64,000 nt of DNA from an uncultured Actinomycetota bacterium (lineage in GTDB: Bacteria; Actinomycetota; UBA4738; HRBIN12), in contig CAVVSH010000004.1 of NCBI GenBank assembly GCA_963750945.1, positions 719,004-783,003 on the forward strand. The letters are read 5' to 3'. Made by a program: the position numbers and the translations under genes. Positions 11,105-20,566 of the stretch are shown here, piece after piece (the stretch's first letter is position 1; every line of letters starts with the position of its first letter). The notes under the pieces are model-generated. The model was not told the DNA's origin, did no database searches, and saw only the letters and a program-made list of their open reading frames with translations.

Positions 11105-12127
11105 ATGGCCTCCAAGCGCGCACTGATCACGGGCATCACCGGCCAGGACGGTTCCTACCTGGCCGAATTGTTGCTCTCCAAGGACTACGAAGTGCACGGG
11201 ATCATCCGAAGGTCCAGTTCGTTCAACACCGGCCGGCTGGATCATCTGTACACCGATCCCCACGACCCGGCCGGGCACCTGTTCCTCCACTACGGGGACC
11301 TGGTCGACTCCACCGTCGTGTCCCGGATCGTGCGCGAGGTCGCTCCCGACGAGGTCTACCATCTGGGCGCGCAATCCCATGTACGGGTCTCCTACGACAT
11401 CCCCGAGTACACGGGCGACGTCACGGCACTGGGGACCACCCGCTTGTTGGAAGCGATCCGACAGGAGGGAAGCCCCGCCCGGTTCTACCAGGCGTCGTCC
11501 TCGGAGATGTTCGGCACCAACCCGGACATCCCCTCCAACGAGGAGAGCCGGTTCTACCCGGCGTCTCCGTACGCGGCCGCCAAGGTGTACGGGTACTGGA
11601 TGGCGGTGAACTATCGCGAGGCCTACGGCATGTTCTGCACGAACGGCATCCTCTTCAACCATGAGAGCGAGCGCCGAGGCGAGACCTTCGTCACCCGGAA
11701 GATCGCCAGGGGGCTCGTCGACATCCTCGCCGGACGCGCGGACGTGATCCACCTCGGGAAGCTCCAGAGCCAGCGGGACTGGGGCCATGCGGCCGACTAC
11801 GTCGAGGCGATGTGGATGATGATGCAGGCGGACGAGCCGGATGATTACGTGATCGCGACCGGCGAGCCACATTCGGTGCAGGATTTCCTCGAGGAAGCGT
11901 TCAGCTACGTCGGTCTCGACTGGGAGCCGCACGTCCGGCAGGACCCACGATACTTCCGCCCGGTCGACCCACCGATCCTCGTCGGAGACGCATCGAAGGC
12001 ACGGACGAAGCTCGGATGGAAGCCGAAGGTGAGCTTCCAGGAGCTGGTCCGCTCGATGGTCGATGCGGAGCTCACCGCTGCGGGGCTCGAACGTCCCGTT
12101 TCCGATCGGAGCGTCACGCATCCATGA
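11105..12127 (+). CDS. gmd: GDP-mannose 4,6-dehydratase
   Basis: [50 protein letters not shown]. Confidence 0.96.
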   Translation: MASKRALITGITGQDGSYLAELLLSKDYEVHGIIRRSSSFNTGRLDHLYTDPHDPAGHLFLHYGDLVDSTVVSRIVREVAPDEVYHLGAQSHVRVSYDIPEYTGDVTALGTTRLLEAIRQEGSPARFYQASSSEMFGTNPDIPSNEESRFYPASPYAAAKVYGYWMAVNYREAYGMFCTNGILFNHESERRGETFVTRKIARGLVDILAGRADVIHLGKLQSQRDWGHAADYVEAMWMMMQADEPDDYVIATGEPHSVQDFLEEAFSYVGLDWEPHVRQDPRYFRPVDPPILVGDASKARTKLGWKPKVSFQELVRSMVDAELTAAGLERPVSDRSVTHP

Positions 12128-12157
12128 CCCGCGCGAAGCCATGATCCGAGTCCGGTC

Positions 12158-13114
12158 ATGAGCGGCGTCTGGTCGGGCAAGACCGTCGCGGTCCCGGGTG
12201 GGTCCGGCTTCCTCGGCTCCGAGGTCGTGGAACGCCTCGAAGCCGGCGGGGCATCCGTCTTCGTCCCCCGCAGCCGCGACTACGATCTCACGACCGAGGA
12301 TCGGGTTCGAGCGATGTACGAAGATTCGAGCCCCGACGTCGTGGTCCATCTCGCCGCTCGCGTCGGAGGCATCGGCGCGAACCAGCGGTCCCCGGGCACG
12401 TTCTTCTACGACAACCTGCAGATGGGGGCGCTGTTGATCGAGCACGCGCGGCGACGGGAGCTCGAGAAGTTCGTGTGTGTCGGCACGGTGTGCTCGTATC
12501 CCAAGTTCGCGACCGTGCCGTTCCGCGAAGACGACCTCTGGTCGGGCTACCCGGAGGAGACGAACGCGCCGTACGGCATCGCGAAGAAGGCGCTCCTGGT
12601 GCAACTGCAGGCGTACCGCCAGGAGTTCGGGATGCGCGGCATCTACCTGATCCCCGTGAACCTGTACGGGCCTCGGGACAACTTCGACCTGGAGAGCTCA
12701 CACGTGATCCCGGCGCTGATCCGCAAGTGCGTGGAGGCGGCGGATCGGGGCGACGATGTGATCGAGGTGTGGGGATCGGGTGAGCCCACCCGCGAGTTCC
12801 TCTACGTGGAGGACGCCGCCGACGGGATCGTCGCGGCCGCGGAGCGCTACGAAGGCGCCGAGCCGGTCAACCTCGGGACGGGTAGAGAGATCTCGATCCG
12901 CGACCTCGCGGGCCTCATCGCGGAGCGCACCGGCTTCCGCGGGACGTTCTCGTGGAACGCGGCGAGACCTGACGGTCAACCCCGGCGTGCCCTGGACGTG
13001 TCGCGAGCGCGAGATGAGTTCGGCTGGATGGCCAAGGTCCCCTTCGAAGAAGGACTCGAGGCCACGATCTCCTGGTACCGCGAGTCACGGATGCCGTCTC
13101 CGGCCGGCAGTTGA
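12158..13114 (+). CDS. fcl: GDP-L-fucose synthase
   Basis: [43 protein letters not shown]; directly follows gmd. Confidence 0.93.
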   Translation: MSGVWSGKTVAVPGGSGFLGSEVVERLEAGGASVFVPRSRDYDLTTEDRVRAMYEDSSPDVVVHLAARVGGIGANQRSPGTFFYDNLQMGALLIEHARRRELEKFVCVGTVCSYPKFATVPFREDDLWSGYPEETNAPYGIAKKALLVQLQAYRQEFGMRGIYLIPVNLYGPRDNFDLESSHVIPALIRKCVEAADRGDDVIEVWGSGEPTREFLYVEDAADGIVAAAERYEGAEPVNLGTGREISIRDLAGLIAERTGFRGTFSWNAARPDGQPRRALDVSRARDEFGWMAKVPFEEGLEATISWYRESRMPSPAGS

Positions 13115-13143
13115 CGCGGCCGAGCGTCCCCACCCGCCACGCC

Positions 13144-13173
13144 TTGACGGATGTCCTGGCGGGGCCCTATCGT
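13144..13173 (+). promoter_or_regulatory. Sigma70-type promoter of the DUF6504-like gene
   Basis: TTGACG (13144-13149), 18-bp spacer, TATCGT (13168-13173). Confidence 0.6.
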
Positions 13174-13181
13174 TGCCCACC

Positions 13182-13195
13182 CGAACACACGTTCG
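13182..13195. promoter_or_regulatory. LexA (SOS) box
   Basis: CGAAC-ACAC-GTTCG, just downstream of the predicted -10; matches the Gram-positive GAAC-N4-GTTC consensus. Confidence 0.85.
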
Positions 13196-13210
13196 ACCAG
13201 CGAGGCACTC

Positions 13211-13456
13211 ATGACGAAGCGGTTCGACGAGGAGGTGATGGTCGAGCGGGACGGGGGGATGCCCTCGGGCTTCGAATGGCGAGGGCGTCGCTATCGGGTC
13301 GTGGACGTGATCGGACGGTGGCGGATCGAGGGCCGGTGGTGGGAGGACGGCCGCGATCGCGAGTACTGGCGGGTCGAGGCGCGCGGCGGCGCCGTCTGGG
13401 ACCTGTACCACGACCGCCAGCGCGACCGCTGGCACGTGGAGCGCTTGTGGGATTGA
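13211..13456 (+). CDS. DUF6504-like small protein resembling the ImuB C-terminal domain
   Basis: GAGG RBS and ATG at 13211; Trp-rich PSGFEWRGRRYRV..RWW..REYWRVE..WDLY..WHVERLWD. Confidence 0.8.
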   Translation: MTKRFDEEVMVERDGGMPSGFEWRGRRYRVVDVIGRWRIEGRWWEDGRDREYWRVEARGGAVWDLYHDRQRDRWHVERLWD

Positions 13457-13460
13457 TCTT

Positions 13461-13513
13461 CTCGGGGGCTACGCTCGCTGGCGCTCGCTACTTGAGCCCC
13501 CGAACCCCCGGGG
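13461..13513 (-). repeat. Hairpin (REP-like) repeat, intergenic copy
   Basis: TCGGGGGCT...AGCCCCCGA inverted repeat between convergent genes. Its reverse complement aligns with the units inside dnaE2. Confidence 0.75.
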
Positions 13514-14740
13514 CTACGCGCGCTCGGCCAGCGCGCTCACGATCCGCTCGAGGGACCACTCGAGATCCTCGCGCGACACCACCAGCGGCGGCGCCAGCCG
13601 GACCGTGGTCTCCTGCGTGTCCTTCGCGAGCACTCCCAGCGCCAGCAGCCGTTCGCAGACGTCGCGCGCGGGCGCGGCCTCGGGCGTGAGCTCGATGCCG
13701 AACCACAGGCCGCGCCCGCGAACCTCCGTCACCGACGTGGGCGCCTCCTCGCGCAGCCGCTGGAGGAACCACGCCCCGAGGTCCTTCGAGCGCTGCTGAT
13801 ACTCGTGGGTCCGAAGGAGCGCGAGGACCTCGAGACCCACCGCGCACGCGATCGGATTGCCTCCGAACGTGCTCCCGTGCTCACCCGGTTCGAAGACCCC
13901 CAGCACCTCGGCCCGCGACACGACCGCCGACACCGGCAGGATCCCGCCGCCGAGCGCCTTCCCCAGGATGTACACGTCCGGCTTCACGCCGTCGTGGTCG
14001 CACGCGAACGTCGCACCGGTTCGGCCGAGTCCCGTCTGGATCTCGTCGGCCAGCAAGAGGACGTTGCGTTCGGTGCAGAGTCGTCGCGCTTCGCGAAGGT
14101 AGCCGTCGGGCGGGATCCGGACGCCGGCCTCGCCCTGGATCGGCTCGACGAGGAACGCCACGACGTCCGGATCCTCGAGCGCCGCCTCCAGCGCCGTGGC
14201 GTCGCCGAAGGGAACCGACACGAACCCCGGCGTGAAGGGACCGAAGCCCTTCGTCGCCGACGGATCGGAGGAGAAGCCCACGATCGTGATCGTCCTGCCG
14301 TGGAAGTTCCCGTCGCACACGACGACCTTCGCGCGCCCCTCCGGTACGCCCTTCACGTCGTAGCCCCACCGGCGTGCGGTCTTGAGGGCGGTCTCGACCG
14401 CCTCCGCGCCCGAGTTCATGGGAAGCACCATGTCCATGGCGCAGAGCTCGGCGAGCTGTTCGCAGAACGGTCCGAACCGGTCGTGGTGGAACGCGCGGGA
14501 GGTGAGCGTGACGAGGTCGAGCTGTGCCTTGGCCGCGCGGATCAGATCCGGATGGCGATGGCCGAAGTTCAACGCGGAGTAGGCGGACAGCATGTCGAGG
14601 TAGCGCTTGCCCTCGACGTCGGTGACCCATGCGCCCTCGGCCTCGGACACGACGACGGGGAGCGGGTGGTAGTTGTGCGCGCTGTGCAGCTCCGTCAGCG
14701 CGATCAGCTCGGCCGTCAGGAGCCCGCTCTGAGTCTTCAT
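13514..14740 (-). CDS. rocD: Ornithine--oxo-acid transaminase
   Basis: SAHNYHPLPVV, DMLSAYSALNFGH, MNSGAEAVETA, DEIQTGLGRTG, HGSTFGGNP. Confidence 0.93.
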   Translation of the reverse strand: MKTQSGLLTAELIALTELHSAHNYHPLPVVVSEAEGAWVTDVEGKRYLDMLSAYSALNFGHRHPDLIRAAKAQLDLVTLTSRAFHHDRFGPFCEQLAELCAMDMVLPMNSGAEAVETALKTARRWGYDVKGVPEGRAKVVVCDGNFHGRTITIVGFSSDPSATKGFGPFTPGFVSVPFGDATALEAALEDPDVVAFLVEPIQGEAGVRIPPDGYLREARRLCTERNVLLLADEIQTGLGRTGATFACDHDGVKPDVYILGKALGGGILPVSAVVSRAEVLGVFEPGEHGSTFGGNPIACAVGLEVLALLRTHEYQQRSKDLGAWFLQRLREEAPTSVTEVRGRGLWFGIELTPEAAPARDVCERLLALGVLAKDTQETTVRLAPPLVVSREDLEWSLERIVSALAERA

Positions 14741-14828
14741 GGGTCGCAATCCTACGCATCGAACGCCGACCGTCGAGCCGACCATTAGGATGCTGTCTCG
14801 GTCCCGGCGTCCTCGAGGACGAGGCTGC

Positions 14829-16829
14829 ATGAGGAGTTCCGATGAACCCGTGAGGATCGAGACGACGGACGACGAGGTTTCGCCGTCGCCCGTACGGCCC
14901 CGTGACGCGCTGATCGGAAGCGTGGCCCTCGTCGCGGGGTCGCTCCTTTCCGTGGTCCTCTATCTGAGAGCGTTCACGCAGGCGCTCGCCCCGCTGGGTC
15001 CCGACCTGTTCGGCTACATCTGGCAGACGCGGATCGTCGGGAACGCTCCGCTCTCGTCGATCGAAGCCCGCCCCGGGGTGCCGATCCTCGGCTCGGTGCT
15101 CGCCGGTTTCGGCCTGACCTCGGACGGGTTGGCGCCGCTGGTGCTCGCCCCCGTGATGATGGTGGCGCTCGGGTTCGCGGTCGCGGTGGCCCTCCGCCTG
15201 GCCTTCCGTCTCCCTCTCTGGTCCGTGGGTGTCATCGGATCCGTCGTGACCCTGTGGGGCGGCGCACTCCATCTCGCGCAGGGGCACCTGGCCAATCTCC
15301 TGAGCCTCGTGTGCATCGTTCCCGCGCTGGTCGTGCTCGCCGTGCCGAGCGAACCCTGGAGGGTCCGCGTGGCGTGGGCGGCGGTGATCGTGACGGCATC
15401 GGGGCTGGCGCATGCAGGGCTCCTTGCCTTCTACGCGGTGACGGCGGGCCTCTGGGTCCTGCTCTCGGCCCCTTCGCTCCTGCGCGCCCGTAGAGAGGGC
15501 AGGCGATGGTGGCAGGAGCCGTCGTGCTCGTTCGTGGTCGCGCTCGTGATCGGGGGCGCCGCGGTCGGCCTGGTGATCTTCGTCGCGATGGGGGTCACCG
15601 TGGAGGAGTTCACCAACATCGACGATCGCGTTACCGAGTTCGGGAACCGGCTCGCGCAGATCGAAAGAGCGATCGGATTGTGGGTGTCCGCGATGACCGT
15701 GCTCGCCGCCGTCGGCGCCGTCGCGGTGTGGAGGTTGTCGCGACGCTCGTCTCGGGCGCTCACCCTCCTGGGCCTCGCGTGGCTGACGGCGTCGGCGGTC
15801 GGAGGACTGCTCGCCGTCCGCGATCCGACGTTCCCGGGTCATCGCGTGCTGGGAGTCATCCTTCCTCTTCCCGCGTTGGCCGGGATGGGCATCGTGGGGA
15901 TCGCCCTCCTCGTGATCGGCTGGAAGGCGACGGCGACCGACGGGCGAACCGGCCTCCGTCTGGCGCGCGCGTTCGCGGCGGCGTGCGTGGTGGTCGTCCT
16001 GACGATGCTCGTCGTGTCCCCGCGACTCGACCGTCTCGCGAGGCGGGCCGGAGGCGAGCCTCGCGGAGCGCTGGCGCGCACCATCGCCTCCTATATCGCG
16101 GTCGTCGATCCGCAGGTTCCGGTCGTGGTCTTCGCCGATCCCCCGACACGACTCGCCGCACTGGCGTGGAGAGGGCGGCAGAATCAGGTCCGCGCCCTCG
16201 CGCCCACCGAGTCGATCGACCGGATCTTCTTCCTGATCGGTCGACTCGGCGAAGACGGCCTGCCGGAACAGGGTGTGGCGCCGAGGATGCAAGGGGACAG
16301 AGCCTTCGCGTACGCCGTCGAGCAGAGTTGGTCGGCCGGTGGAGCTGCACTCGAGGAAGGGGCGATCATCCTGGCGCCCCGGGCGTACATGCGCGGGCAG
16401 GCGTGGAGACGGATCGCCTCCGACGCCAGCCGCGTGGTGATCCCCGAGCTCGCCGTCTTGCGAGGGCCGCGTCAGCCGCCAGGCGATCTCGTGCCGACCG
16501 CGAGGGTGCCCATCGCGCACGCCCGGTGGCAGATCATCGCCTGTCTCCTCGCGCTCGTCGTGATGGGCGGGGGATACGGCGCGGCGGTCGCATGGGGACG
16601 CGGAGGATCCGTGGTCGACGGCATCGCGCTCGCTCCCGCCGTCGGCATGGTGGTGGTGGTGACGATCGGCGTGACGGTGGCGCTGCTGGGCGCGGACCCG
16701 GCCGCAGCAACCGGCCTGATCCCGACGGGCCTCGCCGTGGTGGGTGGCTACCTACTGGCGTGGCGACGGTGGCAGGAGCGCCGGAGGAACCCTGACGATC
16801 TTCGCGAGGCCGTCGGTCAGCCGGTGTAG
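14829..16829 (+). CDS. Large polytopic membrane protein, possibly GT-C-like
   Basis: Many TM segments; GPDLFGYIWQTR...ARPGVP loop after the first TM; start uncertain. Confidence 0.6.
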   Translation: MRSSDEPVRIETTDDEVSPSPVRPRDALIGSVALVAGSLLSVVLYLRAFTQALAPLGPDLFGYIWQTRIVGNAPLSSIEARPGVPILGSVLAGFGLTSDGLAPLVLAPVMMVALGFAVAVALRLAFRLPLWSVGVIGSVVTLWGGALHLAQGHLANLLSLVCIVPALVVLAVPSEPWRVRVAWAAVIVTASGLAHAGLLAFYAVTAGLWVLLSAPSLLRARREGRRWWQEPSCSFVVALVIGGAAVGLVIFVAMGVTVEEFTNIDDRVTEFGNRLAQIERAIGLWVSAMTVLAAVGAVAVWRLSRRSSRALTLLGLAWLTASAVGGLLAVRDPTFPGHRVLGVILPLPALAGMGIVGIALLVIGWKATATDGRTGLRLARAFAAACVVVVLTMLVVSPRLDRLARRAGGEPRGALARTIASYIAVVDPQVPVVVFADPPTRLAALAWRGRQNQVRALAPTESIDRIFFLIGRLGEDGLPEQGVAPRMQGDRAFAYAVEQSWSAGGAALEEGAIILAPRAYMRGQAWRRIASDASRVVIPELAVLRGPRQPPGDLVPTARVPIAHARWQIIACLLALVVMGGGYGAAVAWGRGGSVVDGIALAPAVGMVVVVTIGVTVALLGADPAAATGLIPTGLAVVGGYLLAWRRWQERRRNPDDLREAVGQPV

Positions 16830-17059
16830 CCCTCGACCGTCCGAGGATCGCGGATGCTCGTGTCGTCGGGGTCCTGCCCCGCCGTCCGCCTCGCCCGGCG
16901 CTGATGGAGCAGGTCCCAGCACTGGTCGAGGGTGACGCCGAGCTCACGGAGCCGTTCCCGCTCGGCGTCGGTGGCCTCTCCGCGGCCTTCGCGCTCCCAG
17001 AGCTCGTGCTCCTCGTGCGCGATCTCGTTGATCCGGCCGATCACCTGCTGGTCATCCAT
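16817..17059 (-). CDS. DUF2630 family protein
   Basis: MDDQQVIGRINEIAHEEHEL...LDQCWDLLHQRRARR...VEGY, preceded by GAGGAG. Confidence 0.85.
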   Translation of the reverse strand: MDDQQVIGRINEIAHEEHELWEREGRGEATDAERERLRELGVTLDQCWDLLHQRRARRTAGQDPDDTSIRDPRTVEGYTG

Positions 17060-17146
17060 CGAAGAGCTCCTCTCACGCCTCCTGAGGAGTGTCGCAGACG
17101 ATGGAACATCCGTTTGGGCCCTAGACAGCCTCGATAGGAGCCACCT

Positions 17147-17170
17147 AGTATCGAACATGTGTTCGATACT
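17147..17170. promoter_or_regulatory. LexA (SOS) box of dnaE2-dinB
   Basis: AGTATCGAAC-ATGT-GTTCGATACT extended palindrome; overlaps a TAGTAT -10-like hexamer and the dnaE2 start. Confidence 0.92.
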
Positions 17171-20100
17171 GTGAGGAGCTCGGGGGGGTTCGTCCATCTC
17201 GACGTCCGGTCCGCGTTCTCGTTGAAGGAAGGGGCGTTCGTCCCCGAGCATCTCGCCGCGCTCGCGAGCGAGATGGGGATGCCGGCCGTGGCGATCACCG
17301 ACCGGGACGGGCTCTACGGCGCCGCCCGGTTCGTCGCCGCCTGCGAGCGGGGAGGGATCCGTCCGATCCTCGGCGCCTCGCTCACGGTCCGGGAGGGTGG
17401 ACACGACGCCCCGCTCGTCCTGCTCGCGCAGGACGGGCGGGGCTACGCCAACCTCTGCCGTCTGGTCACCGACGCGCACATGCTGGGGGAGCGCGGGGAT
17501 CCCTCGATCACCGCGACCCAGATCTGTGCCCACGCCACCGGTCTCGTCGCGCTCGCCGGCCCGCGTTCGCACGCGGGCCGGCTCGCCGTCCGCGGCCTCA
17601 TCGACGCCGCCGCGGCGGCGCTCCATCCGCTCCATGAAGCGTTCGGCCGCGAACGGTTCTTCGTCGCGGCCGAGCACCGGATGGAACGGGGCTCGAACAC
17701 GGAGATCCGTTCGATGCTCCGCCTCGCCGAGCGGATGGGTGTCCGCGCCGTCGCCACCAATCCCATCCGCTACCTCGTGCCCGAGGACGCGTTCCTGGCC
17801 GACGCGCTCGAGTGCATGCGTCGGATCGTGCCGATCGCGGCGAACCACGTCTCCCGCACCAACGCCGAAGGATGGCTGAAGCCCGCCGAGGCGATGCGCC
17901 TGCTGTTCGCAGAACGGCCCGACCTCTGCGACACGACCCTGGAGATCGCCGACTCGTGCCGGTTCGACCTCGGGCTGAAGAAGGTCCATTTCCCGGACTT
18001 CCCGACGCCGGCCGGACGCAGCGCCGACGCGATCTTGGCCGAGCGCTGCTGGGCGGGCGTCTACGACCGAGGGATGACCGAGGACGAACGCCTCCGCGAT
18101 CGGCTGCATCTCGAGCTCTCGATGATCCGCCGGATGGGCTACGCGGCGTTCTTCCTCACGGTCGCCGACATCACGGCCGACATCCGCGCGATGGGGATCC
18201 ACGTCGCGTGTCGCGGCTCGGCCGCCGGCTCGCTCGTGTGCTACCTGCTCCGGATCTCCGACGTCGACGCGCTCCGTCACGACCTCTCGTTCGAACGGTT
18301 CCTGAACCCGATGCGCGACGAGCTCCCGGACATCGATGTCGACGTCGAGTCCGCCCGGCGTGAGGACGTCTACGACATGGTGCTCTCGCGTCACGGCGAC
18401 GAGCGGACCGGCTGCGTCGCGATGATCGACACGTACCGGGCGCGCGCCGCGGTCCGCGAGGTGGGGAAGGCGCTCGGACTGCCGGAGGTCGAGGTCGGGA
18501 TGGTGGCGAAGTCGTTCCCGCACATCTCGGCGAGGAACCTCCGGGAGTCGCTCACGCGCCTCCCGGAGCTCGACGGGATCAACCTCCCGATGGCCCAGCT
18601 GGAGCTCCTGTTCCGTGTGGCCGAGCGACTGGACGGGTTCCCGCGCCACATCGCGTTGCACCCGTGCGGGATCGTGCTGTCCTCCCACGACCTCGTCGAC
18701 CGCGTGCCGCTGGAGCGATCCGCGAACGGGCACCGGATGATCCAGGCCGACAAGGACGACGTCGAGCTGCTCGGGTACCTCAAGCTCGACGTCCTCGGCG
18801 TGCGGATGCTGTCGTCGATGCGCCATGCGACGGATGAGATCGCGCGGACGATGGGGGAGAAGGTCGACCTCGATCGGATCCCGCTCGACGACGAGCTCAC
18901 GTTCGAGATGATCCGTGACTCCGACACCCTCGGCTGCTTCCAGATCGAGTCCCCCGGCCAGCGCGAGTTGCTGCAGAAGCTCCAGCCGAGCCGGTGGGAG
19001 GATCTGATCGTCGACATCTCGTTGTTCCGGCCAGGTCCGGTGAAGTCCGACATGATCACCCCGTACCTCCGGCGGCGCGCCGCCTTGGAGGGGCCGGTCT
19101 ACATCCATCCCGATGTGCGACCCGCGCTGCGGGAGACGTTCGGGGTGATCGTCTACCACGAGCAGGTGATGCGGACGCTCGCCGCGGTCGCCGGCTGGGA
19201 CCTCACCTACGCCGATCACGTCCGCCGTCATCTGGATCACGAGGAGCTCGTGCCCGGGTTCCGCGAGGAGTTCCTCCGGCGCGCAGCGGAACGGGACGTG
19301 GATGCCATGGCTGCGGAGAAGACCTGGGACGCCGTCGCCCAGTTCGCCTCGTTCGGCTTCTGCAAGGCGCACGCGGCGGCGTTCGCGGTGCCGACGTATC
19401 GGAGCGCCTGGTTGAAAGCGCACTACCCGGCGCACTTCATGGCCGGGATCCTCACGCACGACCCGGGGATGTATCCCCGGCGGGCGCTCCTGGACGACGC
19501 GCGCCGTCACGGCATCCCCATCCTGCCGCTGGACGCGAACGTGAGCGAGCAGGAGTACACGGCGGAAGAGACCCCCCAGGGAGGGGGGTCTGGGGGGCTC
19601 AAGAAGCGAGCGCCCCGCGCGAGCGTAGCCCCCCAGGAGGTAGGGGTCTGGGGGGCTCAAGAAACGAGCGCCCCACGCGAGCGTTGCCCCCCAGGGATAT
19701 GCCATCCGGTTGGGACTCCAGGACGTGCACGGGATCTCGGACGCGGAGGTCCGCTCGATCCTCATGGCGCGCGCGGAGAGGCCCTTCGCGAGTGTGGAGG
19801 ACTTCCTCACCAGGACCTCGGTGGCCAAGCCGGTGGTGGAGGCGCTCGCGCACGCCGGCGCGTTCGACGCGCTCCCGGAGCGAACCAACCGCCGCGGCCA
19901 TCTCTATACGGCGATGACCACCCAGCCCGAACGTGAAGGAGATCAGCTGCGGCTGTCATCCGTGTCGAGCGTGACCGACCATCGCTCGGATCGATTCGCC
20001 TTCCAGGATTACACCGACGCCGAGGTCGTCCGAGCGGAGCTCGAGGTCCTCGGGCTGGACGCCACTCGCCACATCGTCAGCTTCTACGAACCGCTGCTCG

Positions 20101-20510
20101 CCGACCTCGGCGTCACATACTCCGAAGACGTCTGGCGATGCCGGGCGAACGAGTGGGTGATGGTTGCCGGGGTGAAGGTCTCCTCACAGACCCCGGCGAT
20201 CCGAAGCGGCCAGCGGATCATCTTCCTCACGCTCGATGACGGCACCGGTCCGCTCGAGGTCACGGTCTTCGAGTCGGTGCAGCCCAGGGTTGCCAAGACC
20301 GTGTTCCATGCGTTCGCGATGGCGGTATGGGGACAGGTGCGCAGGACCGGACTGAAAGGGGTGAGCGTCGTCGCCGAGGACATCTGGGACCTGACGGCAT
20401 TGCACCGGGCACGCGCCGACGGCTCGCTCCGCGAGGTGATGGCCGGGCCCGCGCAGCCGCGGAGCCCGGATCGTCGACTCTGGCATGCGAGCCCCGGGTC
20501 TGCGGGGTGA
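17159..20510 (+). CDS. dnaE2: Error-prone DNA polymerase III alpha (DnaE2/ImuC) with an apparent +1 frameshift inside a repeat insertion near 19640
   Basis: PHP domain (HLDVRSAFS, TDRDGLYGA), RGSAAGS, catalytic PDIDVD and FCKAHAAAF lie in ORF 17159..19936. HhH/OB parts (AIRLGLQDVHGIS, FLTLDDGTG) and the WHASPGSAG tail lie in the frame ending at 20510. Confidence 0.9.
19572..19697 (+). repeat. Tandem 57+58-bp hairpin repeat insertion inside dnaE2
   Basis: Two units CCCCCCAG..GGGGTCTGGGGGGCTCAAGAA.CGAGCGCCCC.CGCGAGCGT.G, bounded by CCCCCCAGGGA at 19572-19582 and 19687-19697. Confidence 0.9.
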
Positions 20511-20566
20511 CGGGCTCTCGCGGGATGATGACCTCGTGAGCCAACCATGAGGATCTTTGCGCACCC

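Noticed and set aside
8918-12604. 1069-aa and 1009-aa ORFs suggesting giant fusion proteins
   Set aside because: Stop-poor GC-rich upstream extensions of gmd (real start 11105) and of the MTase-GT2 gene (real start about 11053).
19572-19697. Intein, intron or mini-CRISPR explanation for the dnaE2 interruption
   Set aside because: No intein splice motifs, no intron domains, no spacers between the units and no cas genes.
16817-19888. 1023-aa minus-strand ORF
   Set aside because: Antisense shadow of dnaE2; only the last 80 aa (DUF2630, 16817..17059) look like a real gene.
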